64,000 nt of DNA from Candidatus Sulfomarinibacteraceae bacterium (GCA_963796455.1 CAWCLO010000001.1:32001-96000), one strand, 5' to 3'. Shown: positions 30,839 through 44,360, counted from the first letter of the stretch. Notes: generated by a model from the sequence alone, not told the origin. Numbers and translations are program-made.

Positions 30839-31270
30839 ATGCCGAGTTTCGTTAATGTGGAAAAGTGTGACGGGTGTAAGGCACTCGACAAGACTGCCTG
30901 CCAACACATCTGTCCGAACGACCTCATGGTTCTCGATAAGGAGAGCATGAAGGCGTATAACCGTGAACCCGAAATGTGCTGGGAGTGCTACAACTGCGTC
31001 AAGATCTGCCCGACCCAGGCTGTTGACGTCCGTGGATACGCGGACTTCGTGCCGATGGGCGCGTCGGTCGTGCCGCTCCGCTCCACCGACTCGATCATGT
31101 GGACCGTCAAGTTCCGCAGTGGTCAGGTGAAACGGTTCAAATTCCCCATCCGCACCACGCCTGAAGGCCAGGCGGAACCCACCGGTGGCTGGAACACCGA
31201 GCCGGACCTCGAGGGTCCGGTGCTCTTCACCGAGCCGGATTCCCTCGGCTGCCCAGTGTGGACGAAGTAG
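30839..31270 (+). CDS. aprB: Adenylylsulfate reductase beta subunit
   Basis: CDGCKALDKTACQHICP and CWECYNCVKICP ferredoxin motifs; AAGGAGG RBS. Confidence 0.97.
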   Translation: MPSFVNVEKCDGCKALDKTACQHICPNDLMVLDKESMKAYNREPEMCWECYNCVKICPTQAVDVRGYADFVPMGASVVPLRSTDSIMWTVKFRSGQVKRFKFPIRTTPEGQAEPTGGWNTEPDLEGPVLFTEPDSLGCPVWTK

Positions 31271-31276
31271 GAGGGG

Positions 31277-33157
31277 ATGATGGCAAACTTCGAAACAGTC
31301 AAAGTCGAAACTGATCTTCTGATCCTCGGTGGCGGTATGGCGTCCTGCGGCGCCGCGGTTGAAGCCGCTCACTGGGCCAAGAAAAACAACCTCAAGGTCA
31401 CCATGGTCGACAAGGCCGCGGTGGATCGTTCCGGCGCGGTGGCCATGGGCCTCTCCGCCATCAACCAGTATGTCGGTCTGAAAGACGGCGACAACACCAT
31501 CGAAGACTACGTCAACTACGTGAGTCAGGACCTCATGGGCGTCGCGCGCGACGACCTTGTGGCGTCCATCGCCCGCCACGTTGACGGTTCTGTCCACCTC
31601 TTCGAAAAATGGGGTCTCCCCATTTGGCAGGCTGAGGGTGGCGGTTATGTCCACGAGGGTCGCTGGCAGCTGATGATCAACGGCGAGTCCTATAAGGTCA
31701 TCGTCGCTGAGGCCGCCAAGAACCACCTCGGCACCGACAACATCATCGAGCGCGTGTTCATCGTCGGCCCGATCATGGAAGGCGGAGTGTGCAAGGGCGC
31801 ATACGGCTTCTCGGTCCGCGAGAACAAGTTCTACATCTTCCTCGCGCGCGCCGTGTTTGTCGCCATGGGCGGCGCGGTGCACGTCTTCAAACCGCGTTCC
31901 TCCGGTGAAGGCCTCGGCCGCGCCTGGTATCCGCCGTGGAACTCCGGTTCGTCGACCTATTTCACCCTGAAGGCCGGCGCCGAGATGACCTGCCAGGAAG
32001 TGCGCTTCATCCCGGTCCGCTTCAAAGACGCCTACGGTCCGGTTGGCGCCTGGTTCCTGCTGTTCAAATCCCGCGCGACCAACGCCTTCGGTGGCGAGTA
32101 CATGGTCGAGCGGCGTGACGAGCTTCAGAACTGGAAGCCCTACGGTCTGGTGAAGCCGATCCCGGCAAACCTCCGTAACTACCTCGGCATGCTCGACGTC
32201 ATGGAAGGCAAGGGCCCGATCTACATGCGGACTGACGAGGCCATCCAGAAGATCGCCGACCAGTTTGCCGACGATCCAAAGGCCTACAAAGCCAAGATGA
32301 AAGAGCTCGAGAACGAGGCATGGGAAGACTTCCTCGACATGACCATCTCGCAGGCCATTCTGTGGGCCGCGAGTGATGTCCAGCCCGAACTGAAGTCCTC
32401 CGAAATCGCGGCCGCCGAGCCCTATTTCATCGGCTCGCACTCCGGTGCCTCCGGCGCCTGGGTGAGCGGACCCGAAGACCTTGCACCGCCCGAGTATTTC
32501 TGGGGCTACGAGAACATGTGCACCACCAAGGGACTGTTCGCGGCTGGTGATGCCACCGGCGCCTCGTCGCACAAATTCTCCTCCGGTTCCCACGCCGAGG
32601 GTCGGATCGCCGGTAAAGCCGCGGTTCGCTACCTCGTCAACGAGAACCCGCCGATGCCGACCATCGACGACGCAACGGTGGAGAATCTGAAGGCGGCGAC
32701 CTTGAAGCCCCTCGATGTCTTCGCGGAGCACAAGGACTTCACCTCGCAGACCGACGTCAACCCGAACTACATCCTTCCGAAGATGTTCATGTTCCGGTTG
32801 CAGAAACTCATGGACGAGTACGCCGGCGGCGTCGGCTCCCAGTTCACCACCTCGAAGATGCTCTGCGAGCGTGGTCTCGAACTGCTTGCCATGCTCAAGG
32901 AAGATTCCCAGTACATCGGTGCTGAGGATCTCCACGAGCTGATGCGTGCCTGGGAAAACGTGCATCGCATGTACCAGGCTGAAGCGCATGTCCGCACGAT
33001 CCTGTTCCGCGAGGAAACCCGTTGGCCGGGCTACTATTTCCGCGCCGACTTCCCCAAGCTGGACAACGACAACTGGCTCTGCTTCGTCAACTGCATTATG
33101 GATCCGGAAACGGAAGAGTGGGAGATGCTCAAACGAGACATTCTCCCCATGAGCTGA
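31277..33157 (+). CDS. aprA: Adenylylsulfate reductase alpha subunit
   Basis: DKAAVDRSGAVAMGLSAIN, WQLMINGESYK, RFKDAYGPVGAWFL, HKFSSGSHAEGR and REETRWPGYY motifs. Confidence 0.97.
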   Translation: MMANFETVKVETDLLILGGGMASCGAAVEAAHWAKKNNLKVTMVDKAAVDRSGAVAMGLSAINQYVGLKDGDNTIEDYVNYVSQDLMGVARDDLVASIARHVDGSVHLFEKWGLPIWQAEGGGYVHEGRWQLMINGESYKVIVAEAAKNHLGTDNIIERVFIVGPIMEGGVCKGAYGFSVRENKFYIFLARAVFVAMGGAVHVFKPRSSGEGLGRAWYPPWNSGSSTYFTLKAGAEMTCQEVRFIPVRFKDAYGPVGAWFLLFKSRATNAFGGEYMVERRDELQNWKPYGLVKPIPANLRNYLGMLDVMEGKGPIYMRTDEAIQKIADQFADDPKAYKAKMKELENEAWEDFLDMTISQAILWAASDVQPELKSSEIAAAEPYFIGSHSGASGAWVSGPEDLAPPEYFWGYENMCTTKGLFAAGDATGASSHKFSSGSHAEGRIAGKAAVRYLVNENPPMPTIDDATVENLKAATLKPLDVFAEHKDFTSQTDVNPNYILPKMFMFRLQKLMDEYAGGVGSQFTTSKMLCERGLELLAMLKEDSQYIGAEDLHELMRAWENVHRMYQAEAHVRTILFREETRWPGYYFRADFPKLDNDNWLCFVNCIMDPETEEWEMLKRDILPMS

Positions 33158-33173
33158 TTCCGATCTCTATTTC

Positions 33174-33206
33174 GGCCCCAGGCGCTTCGGCGCCTGGGGC
33201 CTTTTT
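33174..33206 (+). terminator. Intrinsic terminator after aprA
   Basis: GGCCCCAGGCGC-TTCG-GCGCCTGGGGCC followed by a T run. Confidence 0.8.
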
Positions 33207-33224
33207 CCCCTGAGGAATACTCTC

Positions 33225-33545
33225 TTGACCACTATTGAAAAGCCCGTATGCCCGCATTGCGATACCCAACTTCAAGCTTTCGAACTTCCCGATGCCACCG
33301 GTTATGAAGGGGAGTTCCAGTTCGCCTGCTTTAACGACGAATGCCCATACTACGTCCGGGGCTGGGACCACATGGAGTCGAACTACGCCGTCAAGGCGTC
33401 CTATCGCTTCCGTGTCGACCCCACCACCGGCAGAGGTTCGCCGCTGGCGGTTTGGTCCAAAGATGCCATCAAAGACCGCATCATCGAAGCCTCCGTCGGC
33501 AATTCAGACAACTCTCAAATTGAAGATAACGGAGGGAGCTCATGA
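33225..33545 (+). CDS. Small Cys-rich (zinc-finger-like) hypothetical protein
   Basis: CPHC...CFNDECPYY; GAGG RBS and TTG start; stop overlaps the next start. Confidence 0.7.
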   Translation: MTTIEKPVCPHCDTQLQAFELPDATGYEGEFQFACFNDECPYYVRGWDHMESNYAVKASYRFRVDPTTGRGSPLAVWSKDAIKDRIIEASVGNSDNSQIEDNGGSS

Positions 33546-34349
33546 GCACCGCCGATGCAGATCTGCCGCAATTCCTGATCGACAAGCGGCAACTCGGGGA
33601 CGGTGAGACCTTTGGTTTCACCTGCCACCCAGGAGTCCCATGTTTCAACTCCTGTTGCGCCGATATCAATATTGTTCTGACACCCGCCGATGTGCTCCGT
33701 CTCGCTCGGAACCAAGGTATGCACACCCGCGAATTTCTCGAGACCCACACGTCGAACCCGATCACAAAAGACCTCAAAATCCCGATGGTGATGCTCAAGA
33801 TGACCGACAAGGAAGGCAAGCCGTGCCCCTTTGTCGGCGAACAAGGCTGCACGGTCTACGAGGATCGCCCCTGGGCCTGCCGTATGTACCCGCTCGGTAT
33901 GGCGATTCCGCCTGCTCGCGCGGGTGAGGAGCCGGACCCGCTCTTCTTCGTGTTCGAGGACGATCACTGCAAAGGCCGCGAACAACCCGACCGCAAAAAT
34001 TGGACGGCGGCACAGTGGCGTGAAGACCAGGAAATCGACGATCACGAGGCGCTCGAAGACCGGCTTCCGCGAGCTGGTCAGCCACCCGTGGTTTATCGGC
34101 GGCCGCACCCTCGATCCCAAGCGGATGCACATGCTCTACACCGCGTGCTACGACCTCGACACCTTCCGCGCATTCGTTTTCGATTCATCATTCTGTGACC
34201 GATTCGATATCCCAACCGAGACCCTCGAAGAACTCAAGACCAACGACGAGGCCCTTCTCAGCTTTGCATTCCGGTGGCTGCGGTTCGCGCTTTTTGCCGA
34301 ACCCACCCTGCAGGTGCGGGAAGAAGAGGCCGAACGGAGAAAGAAATGA
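33542..34349 (+). CDS. YkgJ-family (CxxCxxCC) cysteine cluster protein, frameshift near 34060
   Basis: CHPGVPCFNSCC, CPF..GCTVYEDRPWACRMYP; removing one C at 34060-34061 joins it to ORF ..34349. Confidence 0.8.
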
Positions 34350-35595
34350 GCGAAGCCAAGCAGTCCGTGCTCGTCATCGGTGCCGGCATCGCTGGGATCA
34401 GCGCCGCCCTCGAGGCGGCCGAGACCGGCGCCGAGGTAGTTCTGGTGGAACGTGACCCGTCAGTCGGCGGCCGTGTCACTACGCACAAAAACTACTTCCG
34501 AAAATGTGCCCGCCCTCGTGCGGTATGGAGATCAATATCCGCCGCCTCGAGCGCAACCCGAGGATCCGCGTGCTGACAAACGCCCAGGTCACCTCTGCCA
34601 AGCAGACGGACACCGGCTGGACGGTTGACGTGGCTCGCGAACCCGCGTGGGTGAATGACAAATGCACGGCCTGTGGCGACTGCGAAAAAGCCTGCACCAC
34701 CGAGGTCGACGATCCATACAACCTCGGACTGTCGAAAGCCAAGGCGATCCGACTCCCCTTCGCCACCGCGTGGCCGAAGATCTACACCTTCGACCGCTCG
34801 GCGGTGGGCGACGACGAAGCCAAGAAGATCGCCGACGCCTGCACCTACGGCGCGGTCGATCTGGATGCCAAGCAATCCACCTACACCTTCGAGGTCGGGG
34901 CGGTGATCGTGGCCACCGGCTGGAAGCCCTATTCGATCGACAACCTCGAGCGGCTGGGCGGCAAACTCGACAACGTGATCGCCAACGTCCAGATGGAGCG
35001 AATGGCCTCTGAAACGGGCCCGACCGGCGGCATGATCCAAAAGCCGTCCAATGGTGAGGCACCGGCGAAGGTCGCCTTTGTCCAGTGCGCCGGCTCGCGA
35101 GACGTCAACCACCTCGCCTATTGCTCAGGGGTCTGCTGTCTTGCCAGTCTCAAACAGGCCACCTACGTCAAGGACCAGCTCCCCGATGCCGAGGTCACGA
35201 TGTACTACATCGACCGCCGAGCGCCCGGGCGCAACGAGGATGTCCTCGTCAAGGTCTCCGAGATCGAAGGCGTCAACCTCGTCAAGGGCAAGGTCGGCCG
35301 AATCGAGCAGAACGGCGACGGTCTCACGCTTCATGTCGAGGACGTCGAGAACGAGCGGCTCCTCGAAGCCGAGGCCGATCTCGTGGTGCTCGCCACCGGC
35401 ATGGTGCCGAACGCCATCGACGACGACCTCTCGGTCTTCACACGCAAAGACGATGATGGCTTCGTCCTCGACGACCTCGATGCCGGGGTCACGGTGGCCG
35501 GCGTTGCCCGCCGTCCGGAGGATGTGGCCGCGTCAGTCCGAGACGCGACCGGAGCCGCGGCCCGAGCCCTCGTGGCGGCCGGAAGGAGGGCGTAA
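34346..35595 (+). CDS. qmoA: QmoA (HdrA-like flavoprotein), frameshift near 34498
   Basis: VIGAGIAG FAD motif; adding one C restores YFPKMCPPSCG; FVQCAGSRD..HLAYCSGVCC. Confidence 0.88.
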
Positions 35596-37841
35596 TGGAC
35601 AAGATCGGCGTTTTTCTGTGCACCGGGTGCGGAATCGGCGACGGCATCGACACCGATGCAGTCATCGAGGCTGCCAACGAACGGGGCTGCGCCCACACCC
35701 TGACCCACGAATGTTTCTGTGCACCCGAGGGCCTGCAAGCAATCAACGGCGCGGTCGCTGAGAACGGTCTCGATGGACTGCTCATCGCTGCCTGCTCGGA
35801 ACGCGCAAAGACCCGCGAATTCAACACCCTGACCGAAGACGGCCCGTCGATGTTTCGGGTCGCCCTCCGAGACCACTGCACGTGGTCGCATGAAGCAGGC
35901 CACGAGGACACGACGATGCTCGCCCAGGACCTGGTCCGGATGGGCCTCGCCCGCATCGAGGGCATCAAGAGCATCGAACCGTTACAGGAAGAAATCAACG
36001 ACACCGTGATGGTGGTGGGCAGCGGCCGCGCCGGCCTCGAAGCCGCGCTGACGGCGGCCGGCCTCGGAAAACCCGTCGCGATCATCGAGCTCGACAACCG
36101 GCTCGGCGGGATCCTGGCCGATCAACTCTCGATCGCCCCCGAAGAACCGCCCTACGATGCACCGGTGGCCAACCCGGTGCCGAAGTTGATCGAGGAGATC
36201 TCGGGCAACGATCAGATCAAGGTCTACACCAACACCAGCATCAAGGCCATCACCGGCCAACCCGGCCAGTTCAAGGTCGAGCTTCACGGACCGGAAGACG
36301 TCGAACTGACCGTCGGCTCGATCGTCCAGGCGACCGGTGCCAAACCCTATGACGCCAACAATCTGGGCCACCTCGGCTACGGCAAGTCAGCCGATGTCGT
36401 GACCTCGCACGAGTTCGAGGCGATGCTGGCCTCTGGCAAGATCTCGTGTCCCTCGGACAACCGTACACCGCAGCGCATCGCCTTCATTCAGTGCGCCGGG
36501 TCGCGCGACGAGAATCACCTCAAGTACTGCTCGTCGGAGTGCTGTACCAACACCCTGCGCCAAATCGCCGAGGTTCAAAAGATCGAGCCGTCGATCGAAA
36601 GCGCAGTCATTCACAAGGACATTCGGACCCCAGGCCACATGGAGTACTTCTACCTCAACGTCCAGAGCCAGGCCAAGATGCTGATGACCCGGGGCGAGAT
36701 CAAGAAGGTCGAGGCCAACGGGAAGGTCTCGATCACCTCAGCGAAAGCATGCTTGGTGACAACGTGGCGGTCGAAACCGATCTGGTGGTGCTGGCAGTTG
36801 GGATGGTGCCGACGGCGGCCGACGGCGAGCTCGTCAGAGAACTCATCGACTCGCGCCATCAGGCCGAGAACTCCGAAAGCTCGCAGGTTCGTGAGACCGC
36901 GGCGGCCCGGGCCGAGGAGCTCAAGCAACACGAGGGCACCGAAATCCTCAATCTCAATTATCGCCAGGGACCGGATCTGCCGGCCCTCAAGTACGGGTTC
37001 CCCGACTCGCACTTCATTTGTTTCCCCTACGAAACCAGGCGTACCGGTATCTATGCTGCCGGCACCGTCCACGCTCCGATGGATTCCATCCTCGCCGCCG
37101 AGGATGGTCTCGGCGCGGCGATGAAGGCTGTCCAGTGCATCGAAATGGCCAAGCGGGGCGAGACGGTTCACCCGCGCTCCGGTGACAAGGCCTATCCCCG
37201 ACTTCTTCCTCCAACGCTGCACCCAGTGCAAACGCTGCACCGAGGAGTGCCCTTTCGGAACCCTCAACGAGGATTCCAAGGGAACTCCCGAGTTCAATCC
37301 TTTGCGCTGCCGCCGCTGCGGTATCTGCATGGGTGCCTGCCCCGAGCGAATCATCAGCTTCCAGGACTATTCGGTCCACATGGTCGCCGAGCAGATCAAG
37401 GCAATGGAAGTCCCGGACGAGGACGAGGAGAAACCAAGAATTCTCGCAATCATGTGCGAGAACGACGCGGTCCCTGCTCTCGAAGCTGCCGCCGCCAACG
37501 GCGCAACCTGGAACCCATGGGTTCGAATCGTCCCGGTCCGGTGTCTCGGATCGATGAACATCGTGTGGCTCGCCGAGGCGCTTTCGAAGGGTGTCGATGG
37601 CGTCATCCTCATCGGCTGCAAGTTCGGCGATGACTACCAGTGCCACTACGTCCGCGGTTCGGAGTTCGCGAATACCAGGCTCGACAACGTCGGCGAGACC
37701 TTGGAGCGGCTGCAGCTCGAATCCGAACGTGTCCAACTGGTTGAGCTTTCGCACGATGAGTTCGGTCGCGTCCCACAGATCCTCGACGATTTTGCTGCGG
37801 AGCTCGAAGAAATGGGCCCGAACCCGCTCAAGGGATTTTAG
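35595..37841 (+). CDS. qmoB: QmoB (HdrA-like plus ferredoxin plus MvhD/FlpD domain), frameshifts near 36736 and 37197
   Basis: KIGVFLCTGC, IQCAGSRD, HFICFPYETRRTGIY, CTQCKRCTEECPF and CENDA...GCKFGDDYQCH across three ORFs. Confidence 0.88.
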
Positions 37842-37859
37842 AAGGAGGAAGGAGAAGAT

Positions 37860-39047
37860 ATGGCCTCGAATCCGGTCATTCAGTCATCATCAGAATTCCG
37901 CGAGGCGTTCTTCGAGCGCGGTGGCGAGAACGCCGCCAAGTGCTACCAGTGCGCCACCTGCTCGAGCGTCTGCGAGTTGGCGCCGGCCGACGCCCCGTTT
38001 CCGCGTCGTCAGATTCTCTGGGCCCAGTGGGGCCTCGAGGATCGGCTCATCGGCGACGCCGGGCCGTGGCTCTGCCACCAATGCAACGACTGCTCGGTGC
38101 ACTGTCCCCGGGAAGTCAACCCGGGTGATGTGATGGCATCGATTCGGGCCATGGTGGTCGAGAAGTTGGCCTTCCCGGGATTTCTCGGCTCGATGGTCGG
38201 CAATGTCAAGAAGACCTGGCCGCTGCTCGTCATCACGCCCATTGTCTTCTGGTTTGTCCTCCTCTTCGTCTCACCGGTCTCGCAGAAATTCAGCCCCACC
38301 ACAATCTGCAAGCCTCATCCATCTTGGGCCAGTTCTTTTACGATCAATACGTCCCCCACTCTCTGATCTATGTCGTCAATTTCGCAGCCGTGGGCTGGGT
38401 CGGTCTGGCGCTGTTCCTCCAGGGATCGAAGTTCTGGAAGATGCTCGGCGAAAACCAGAAGAGGACCGGAACGCTGATCGGCTCTCTGATCGGCGTATTT
38501 TTCAGGATTGCCTTCCACACCAAATTCTTGGCCTGCGATCATGGCGTACCCAAACGAAGATGGGGGCATTTCCTCGTCATGTGGGGCTTTGTCGGCGCGG
38601 CCGTCACGTCGGGATTGGCGGTCGTGTTCCTCTATGGGGAAACATCTTTTTCTCGTGGTTCTTCAAGCTCCTGCCGTTCGAAACACCGGGTTACCCGGTT
38701 GAGATCACCCACTGGATGAAGCTGCTCGGTAACATCTCCGCGGTGGCCCTGGTTCTCGGTGGGCTGCTGCTGTGGATCAACCGCCGCAAGACTGGCGAAA
38801 AACTGGTCGGCGCACGACGCCGTTCGACCGCTTCTTTCTCTGGGTCGTCCTGGCCGTCATCGGAACCGGCGTGTTCACCGAAATCTTCCGGTTCATGCCC
38901 GGTCTCTCGCCGATGACTCGGGTTTGCGTCTACATCGTCCACCTTGGAGTGGTGCTCTGCCTGTTCCTCACCCTCCCCTACTCCAAATTCGCACACATTC
39001 TCTATCGCACTCTGGCAATGGCGCACGAACGCATGACCACCGACTAG
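37860..39047 (+). CDS. qmoC: QmoC (4Fe-4S plus membrane heme b subunit), frameshifts near 38270, 38638 and 38812
   Basis: CYQCATCSSVC, WLCHQCNDCSVHCPR, HFLVMWGF, KLLGNISA and LPYSKFAH across four ORFs. Confidence 0.85.
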
Positions 39048-39101
39048 GTACTGAAAAAAACAAGCCTCGTATGGGGCGCAAAAAAACAGGGAGACAACAG
39101 C

Positions 39102-40295
39102 ATGATCAAACCACACGGATCCGACACACTGAACCCGCTGTACGTGGCGGACGATGCCAAGCGCGCCGCCCTCCAAGCCGAGGCGGCGGGACTCAAGTCC
39201 ATCGTCGTCTGCTCGGCAGCCGCGGCCAACGCCGTGATGCTCGGTTCGGGTTACTTCAACCCCCTCACCGGCTACATGGATCTCGATGACGCCATGTCCA
39301 CCTCCGACAAGATGGTCACCAAAGACGGTGTCTTCTTTCCGGTGCCGGTCGTCAATGTGGTCGAGGACGCCTCCGGCATCGAGCCCGGCATGCGCATCGC
39401 CCTCAAAGACCCCAACGTAGACGGCAACCCGGTCCTCGCCATCCAGACCGTCGAAAAGGTGGACACCGCCACCGACGAGCAGATGGCCTTCATGACCAAA
39501 AAGATCTTTGCCACCGATGACATGGACCACCCCGGCGTCAACGCCTACAACACCGTCGGCAAGACCTTCATCGCCGGTCCCATCGAGGTTCTCAACTACT
39601 CGTATTTTCAGAGCGAGTTCCCCGAGACCTTCCGCACCGCCACCGAGATCCGCGAGCTCATCGAGAAAAACGGCTGGTCCAAGATCGTCGCCTTCCAGAC
39701 CCGCAACCCCATGCACCGCGCCCACGAAGAGCTCGTCCGCATGGCCATGAAGCGCGAGAACGCCGATGGCGCCGTGATCCACATGCTGCTCGGCAAGCTC
39801 AAACCCGGCGACATCCCGGCCGACGTCCGCGACGCCGCCATTCGCAAGATGGCAGAGCTCTACTTCCCGCCCAACTCGGTGGAGATCACCGGTTACGGTT
39901 ATGACATGCTCTACGCGGGTCCCCGCGAGGCTGTCCTCCACGCGCTGTTCCGGCAGAACATGGGCTGCACCCACCTCATCGTGGGCCGCGACCACGCCGG
40001 TGTCGGCGACTATTACGGTCCATTCGACGCCCAGTCGATCTTCCACGACGAGGTCCCCGAGGGCGCCATGGAGATCGCGATCTTCGAGGCCGACCACACC
40101 GCCTATTCCCGTGAGCTGGGCGAGGTCATCATGATGCGCGAAGCCCCCGAAGGCCACAAAAAAGAGTCCTTCGTCTTCCTTTCCGGCACCAAGGTTCGCG
40201 AGATGCTCGGTAACGGCGAAGATCTGCCGCCCGAGTTCGCACGGCCCGAAGTTGCCAAGATCCTGATGGGTTTCTACCAAAGCCAAAAATCATAA
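39102..40295 (+). CDS. sat: Sulfate adenylyltransferase (ATP sulfurylase)
   Basis: AFQTRNPMHRAHE, MLYAGPREA, IVGRDHAGVG and SGTKVRE...PPEFARPEV motifs. Confidence 0.97.
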   Translation: MIKPHGSDTLNPLYVADDAKRAALQAEAAGLKSIVVCSAAAANAVMLGSGYFNPLTGYMDLDDAMSTSDKMVTKDGVFFPVPVVNVVEDASGIEPGMRIALKDPNVDGNPVLAIQTVEKVDTATDEQMAFMTKKIFATDDMDHPGVNAYNTVGKTFIAGPIEVLNYSYFQSEFPETFRTATEIRELIEKNGWSKIVAFQTRNPMHRAHEELVRMAMKRENADGAVIHMLLGKLKPGDIPADVRDAAIRKMAELYFPPNSVEITGYGYDMLYAGPREAVLHALFRQNMGCTHLIVGRDHAGVGDYYGPFDAQSIFHDEVPEGAMEIAIFEADHTAYSRELGEVIMMREAPEGHKKESFVFLSGTKVREMLGNGEDLPPEFARPEVAKILMGFYQSQKS

Positions 40296-40333
40296 TCTTC
40301 ATTTTCATCGCAATACGGTCTATTGCATTTCAA

Positions 40334-40390
40334 GCCCCGCCTCACGGCGGGGCGCTTTTTTTGTCCGTGCCGCCGGCACGGACAAAAAAA
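40334..40390 (+). terminator. Intrinsic terminator after sat, overlapping a second perfect palindrome
   Basis: GCCCCGCC-TCAC-GGCGGGGC then T7; TTTTTTTGTCCGTGCCG-C-CGGCACGGACAAAAAAA at 40356-40390. Confidence 0.75.
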
Positions 40391-40449
40391 TCACGGCGTA
40401 GCTCCGAGCGAAGCCGGATCGATCCTCCCCAGCCCGCCCACATCACAAA

Positions 40450-40577
40450 CCGCAGATAACGCAGATAAACGCAGATTGTCGGGCCCGGGTAACCACCTGT
40501 AGGGGCGCCACCTGTGGCGCCCTTGGGCCATTGTGGGACCGTCGATCGGCAAGGGCGGGACAGGTCCCGCCCCGACA
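40450..40577. repeat. CGCAGAT nonamer-type array plus a GTAG-type REP doublet
   Basis: CCGCAGATAACGCAGATAAACGCAGAT at 40450-40476; GTAGGGGCGCCACCTGTGGCGCCC at 40499 with an inverted partner at 40552-40577. Confidence 0.7.
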
Positions 40578-40596
40578 GCCCGGTGAGAAGGCCCGC

Positions 40597-41457
40597 TCAA
40601 AAACGAGACAGGTACTCCACCAGGAGCTCATTGAAGCGCTCCGGCACTTCAAGATTCACCATATGCGCCACTTCTGGGATCGTCACGATTTCAGCATTGG
40701 GGTTGGCATCGGTCAGGAGATCCGCAATCTCGAGAATCCCCGGCATGTCGAGCTCCCCCACCACCACCAACATCGGGAGATCCAACTCGTCGAGACGTTC
40801 GATCGCCGGTGGATGAATCGTCCGTCCCTCCATGGTCGACTCGGCACCGTTGCGTGCCATGGCGCGAACCCGTTCCCGGACTTCGGCGTCGACCTCGTCG
40901 GGCTGCCGGTGGGGTCCATCGGTCCACGAACGTTGGAATGCCTCCACCAAGGCATCAAAATCTCCCGATTTCCACGCCGCGATCATGGCCTTGGAATTGT
41001 CCTCGAGTTCCGGTCCCGAAAAACGATATCCGCTCAGCCCCGAGCCTACCGCCACTACCGCCTGAACCCGATCCGGTTCCTCGAGCGCCATATCGATCGC
41101 CACTCGCCCACCCATCGAGAGCCCAACCAGAACCGCACGATCGATTTCGAGGTGGTCCATCAAAGCGCGAAGATCGGCGTGATCCCAGTAGGCCTCGGGA
41201 GGAAGCGCCGACCGACCGTGCCCGCTCGCGTCGTACCGCAGCACCCGGTGGTCACTCGAAAGCTCCTCGAATTGATCGTCCCACATGGTGCAATCGAGCA
41301 TGCCGCCGTGGAGCAGGATGATCGTTGGTTCGCCTTCACCCGTTATTTCGTAATAGAGACGGCTCTGGCCGAACTCGGCGTAGCCGGTTTCGAGGGGGAC
41401 TGGTGAGGCCCCACAGCCGGTGATCATCAGTACCACGACCAAAATGACAACTCGCAT
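40597..41457 (-). CDS. Alpha/beta hydrolase, probable lipoprotein
   Basis: Lipobox ITGC, LLHG, GLSMGG nucleophile and C-terminal AHMVNLE. Confidence 0.88.
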   Translation of the reverse strand: MRVVILVVVLMITGCGASPVPLETGYAEFGQSRLYYEITGEGEPTIILLHGGMLDCTMWDDQFEELSSDHRVLRYDASGHGRSALPPEAYWDHADLRALMDHLEIDRAVLVGLSMGGRVAIDMALEEPDRVQAVVAVGSGLSGYRFSGPELEDNSKAMIAAWKSGDFDALVEAFQRSWTDGPHRQPDEVDAEVRERVRAMARNGAESTMEGRTIHPPAIERLDELDLPMLVVVGELDMPGILEIADLLTDANPNAEIVTIPEVAHMVNLEVPERFNELLVEYLSRF

Positions 41458-41510
41458 CAAGCAACCCCCGAATGAGGATACGGCACCCTGGCCCGCCGGT
41501 TTTCGGAGAA

Positions 41511-41729
41511 TCCGCAGATCACGCAGATGAACTCAGATTTGAAATCGCTCCGGTGTCGATAGACACGAAGAGGTTTGCGATAGCGATAGCGATGGCTCCT
41601 CTGCCCCTCCGCCCCTCTGCCATCTTGGGTACGATCCGCACCATTCGGGAACAGGATCGGACAGAGTAGGTGGACTCCCTTTCTCCCCTTCTCCCCTGCT
41701 GCCTCTCGGGCACGGACGCGGGCGAGGGA
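41511..41729. repeat. Repeat cluster (CGCAGAT nonamers, CGATAG hexamers, CCCCTCTG and CCCTTCT units)
   Basis: Includes an inverted copy of the 1684-1792 composite repeat. Confidence 0.7.
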
Positions 41730-41730
41730 C

Positions 41731-41758
41731 AAAAAAAACGCCGGGGCGAACCCCGGCG
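41731..41758 (-). terminator. Intrinsic terminator after hppA
   Basis: Minus strand CGCCGGGG-TTCG-CCCCGGCG followed by T8. Confidence 0.85.
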
Positions 41759-41781
41759 CTGAGATTGATTGAAAGTGAACG

Positions 41782-44001
<2,220 letters not shown>

Positions 44002-44360
44002 GTGCTCCTCCTTCTGTCTTTCGACGTTTCAAACGGCATTGAGATTTAACCTCTGAATTATGGGCGCGATCTTGAGATCGTTCCTCCCCCCATATCGGTC
44101 CCGGATATGATACACAATTCAGAGCGTTTGTGAAATATCGCTCAAGCATTTTCTCGGGAATCCGGGCAATCATCCTGATAATTGAAAACAAAGCCGTTTA
44201 GGTCGTTTCTGACTGGTGGGCGGACGGCCTCATGAACGACCGCTCATATGAAAAAAGGTCAGTCGGAAAGACAAGCAGAGAATCAAAGAAAATTGATTCT
44301 CAAAATGATCGCGAAAAGCGGGAAAATCGGCTGAAAAATGTATTCAAAGGCGGTGTTGGT

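Noticed and set aside
30794..32989. 731-aa antisense ORF over aprBA (also 42169..43794, 48338..50269, 38691..40286, 24411..25820)
   Set aside because: Shadow ORFs opposite well-conserved genes, expected from GC-rich codon bias.
34346..39047. Programmed ribosomal frameshifting or selenocysteine in qmoABC
   Set aside because: Breaks are frame changes in both directions with no slippery heptamers and no in-frame UGA at Cys positions.
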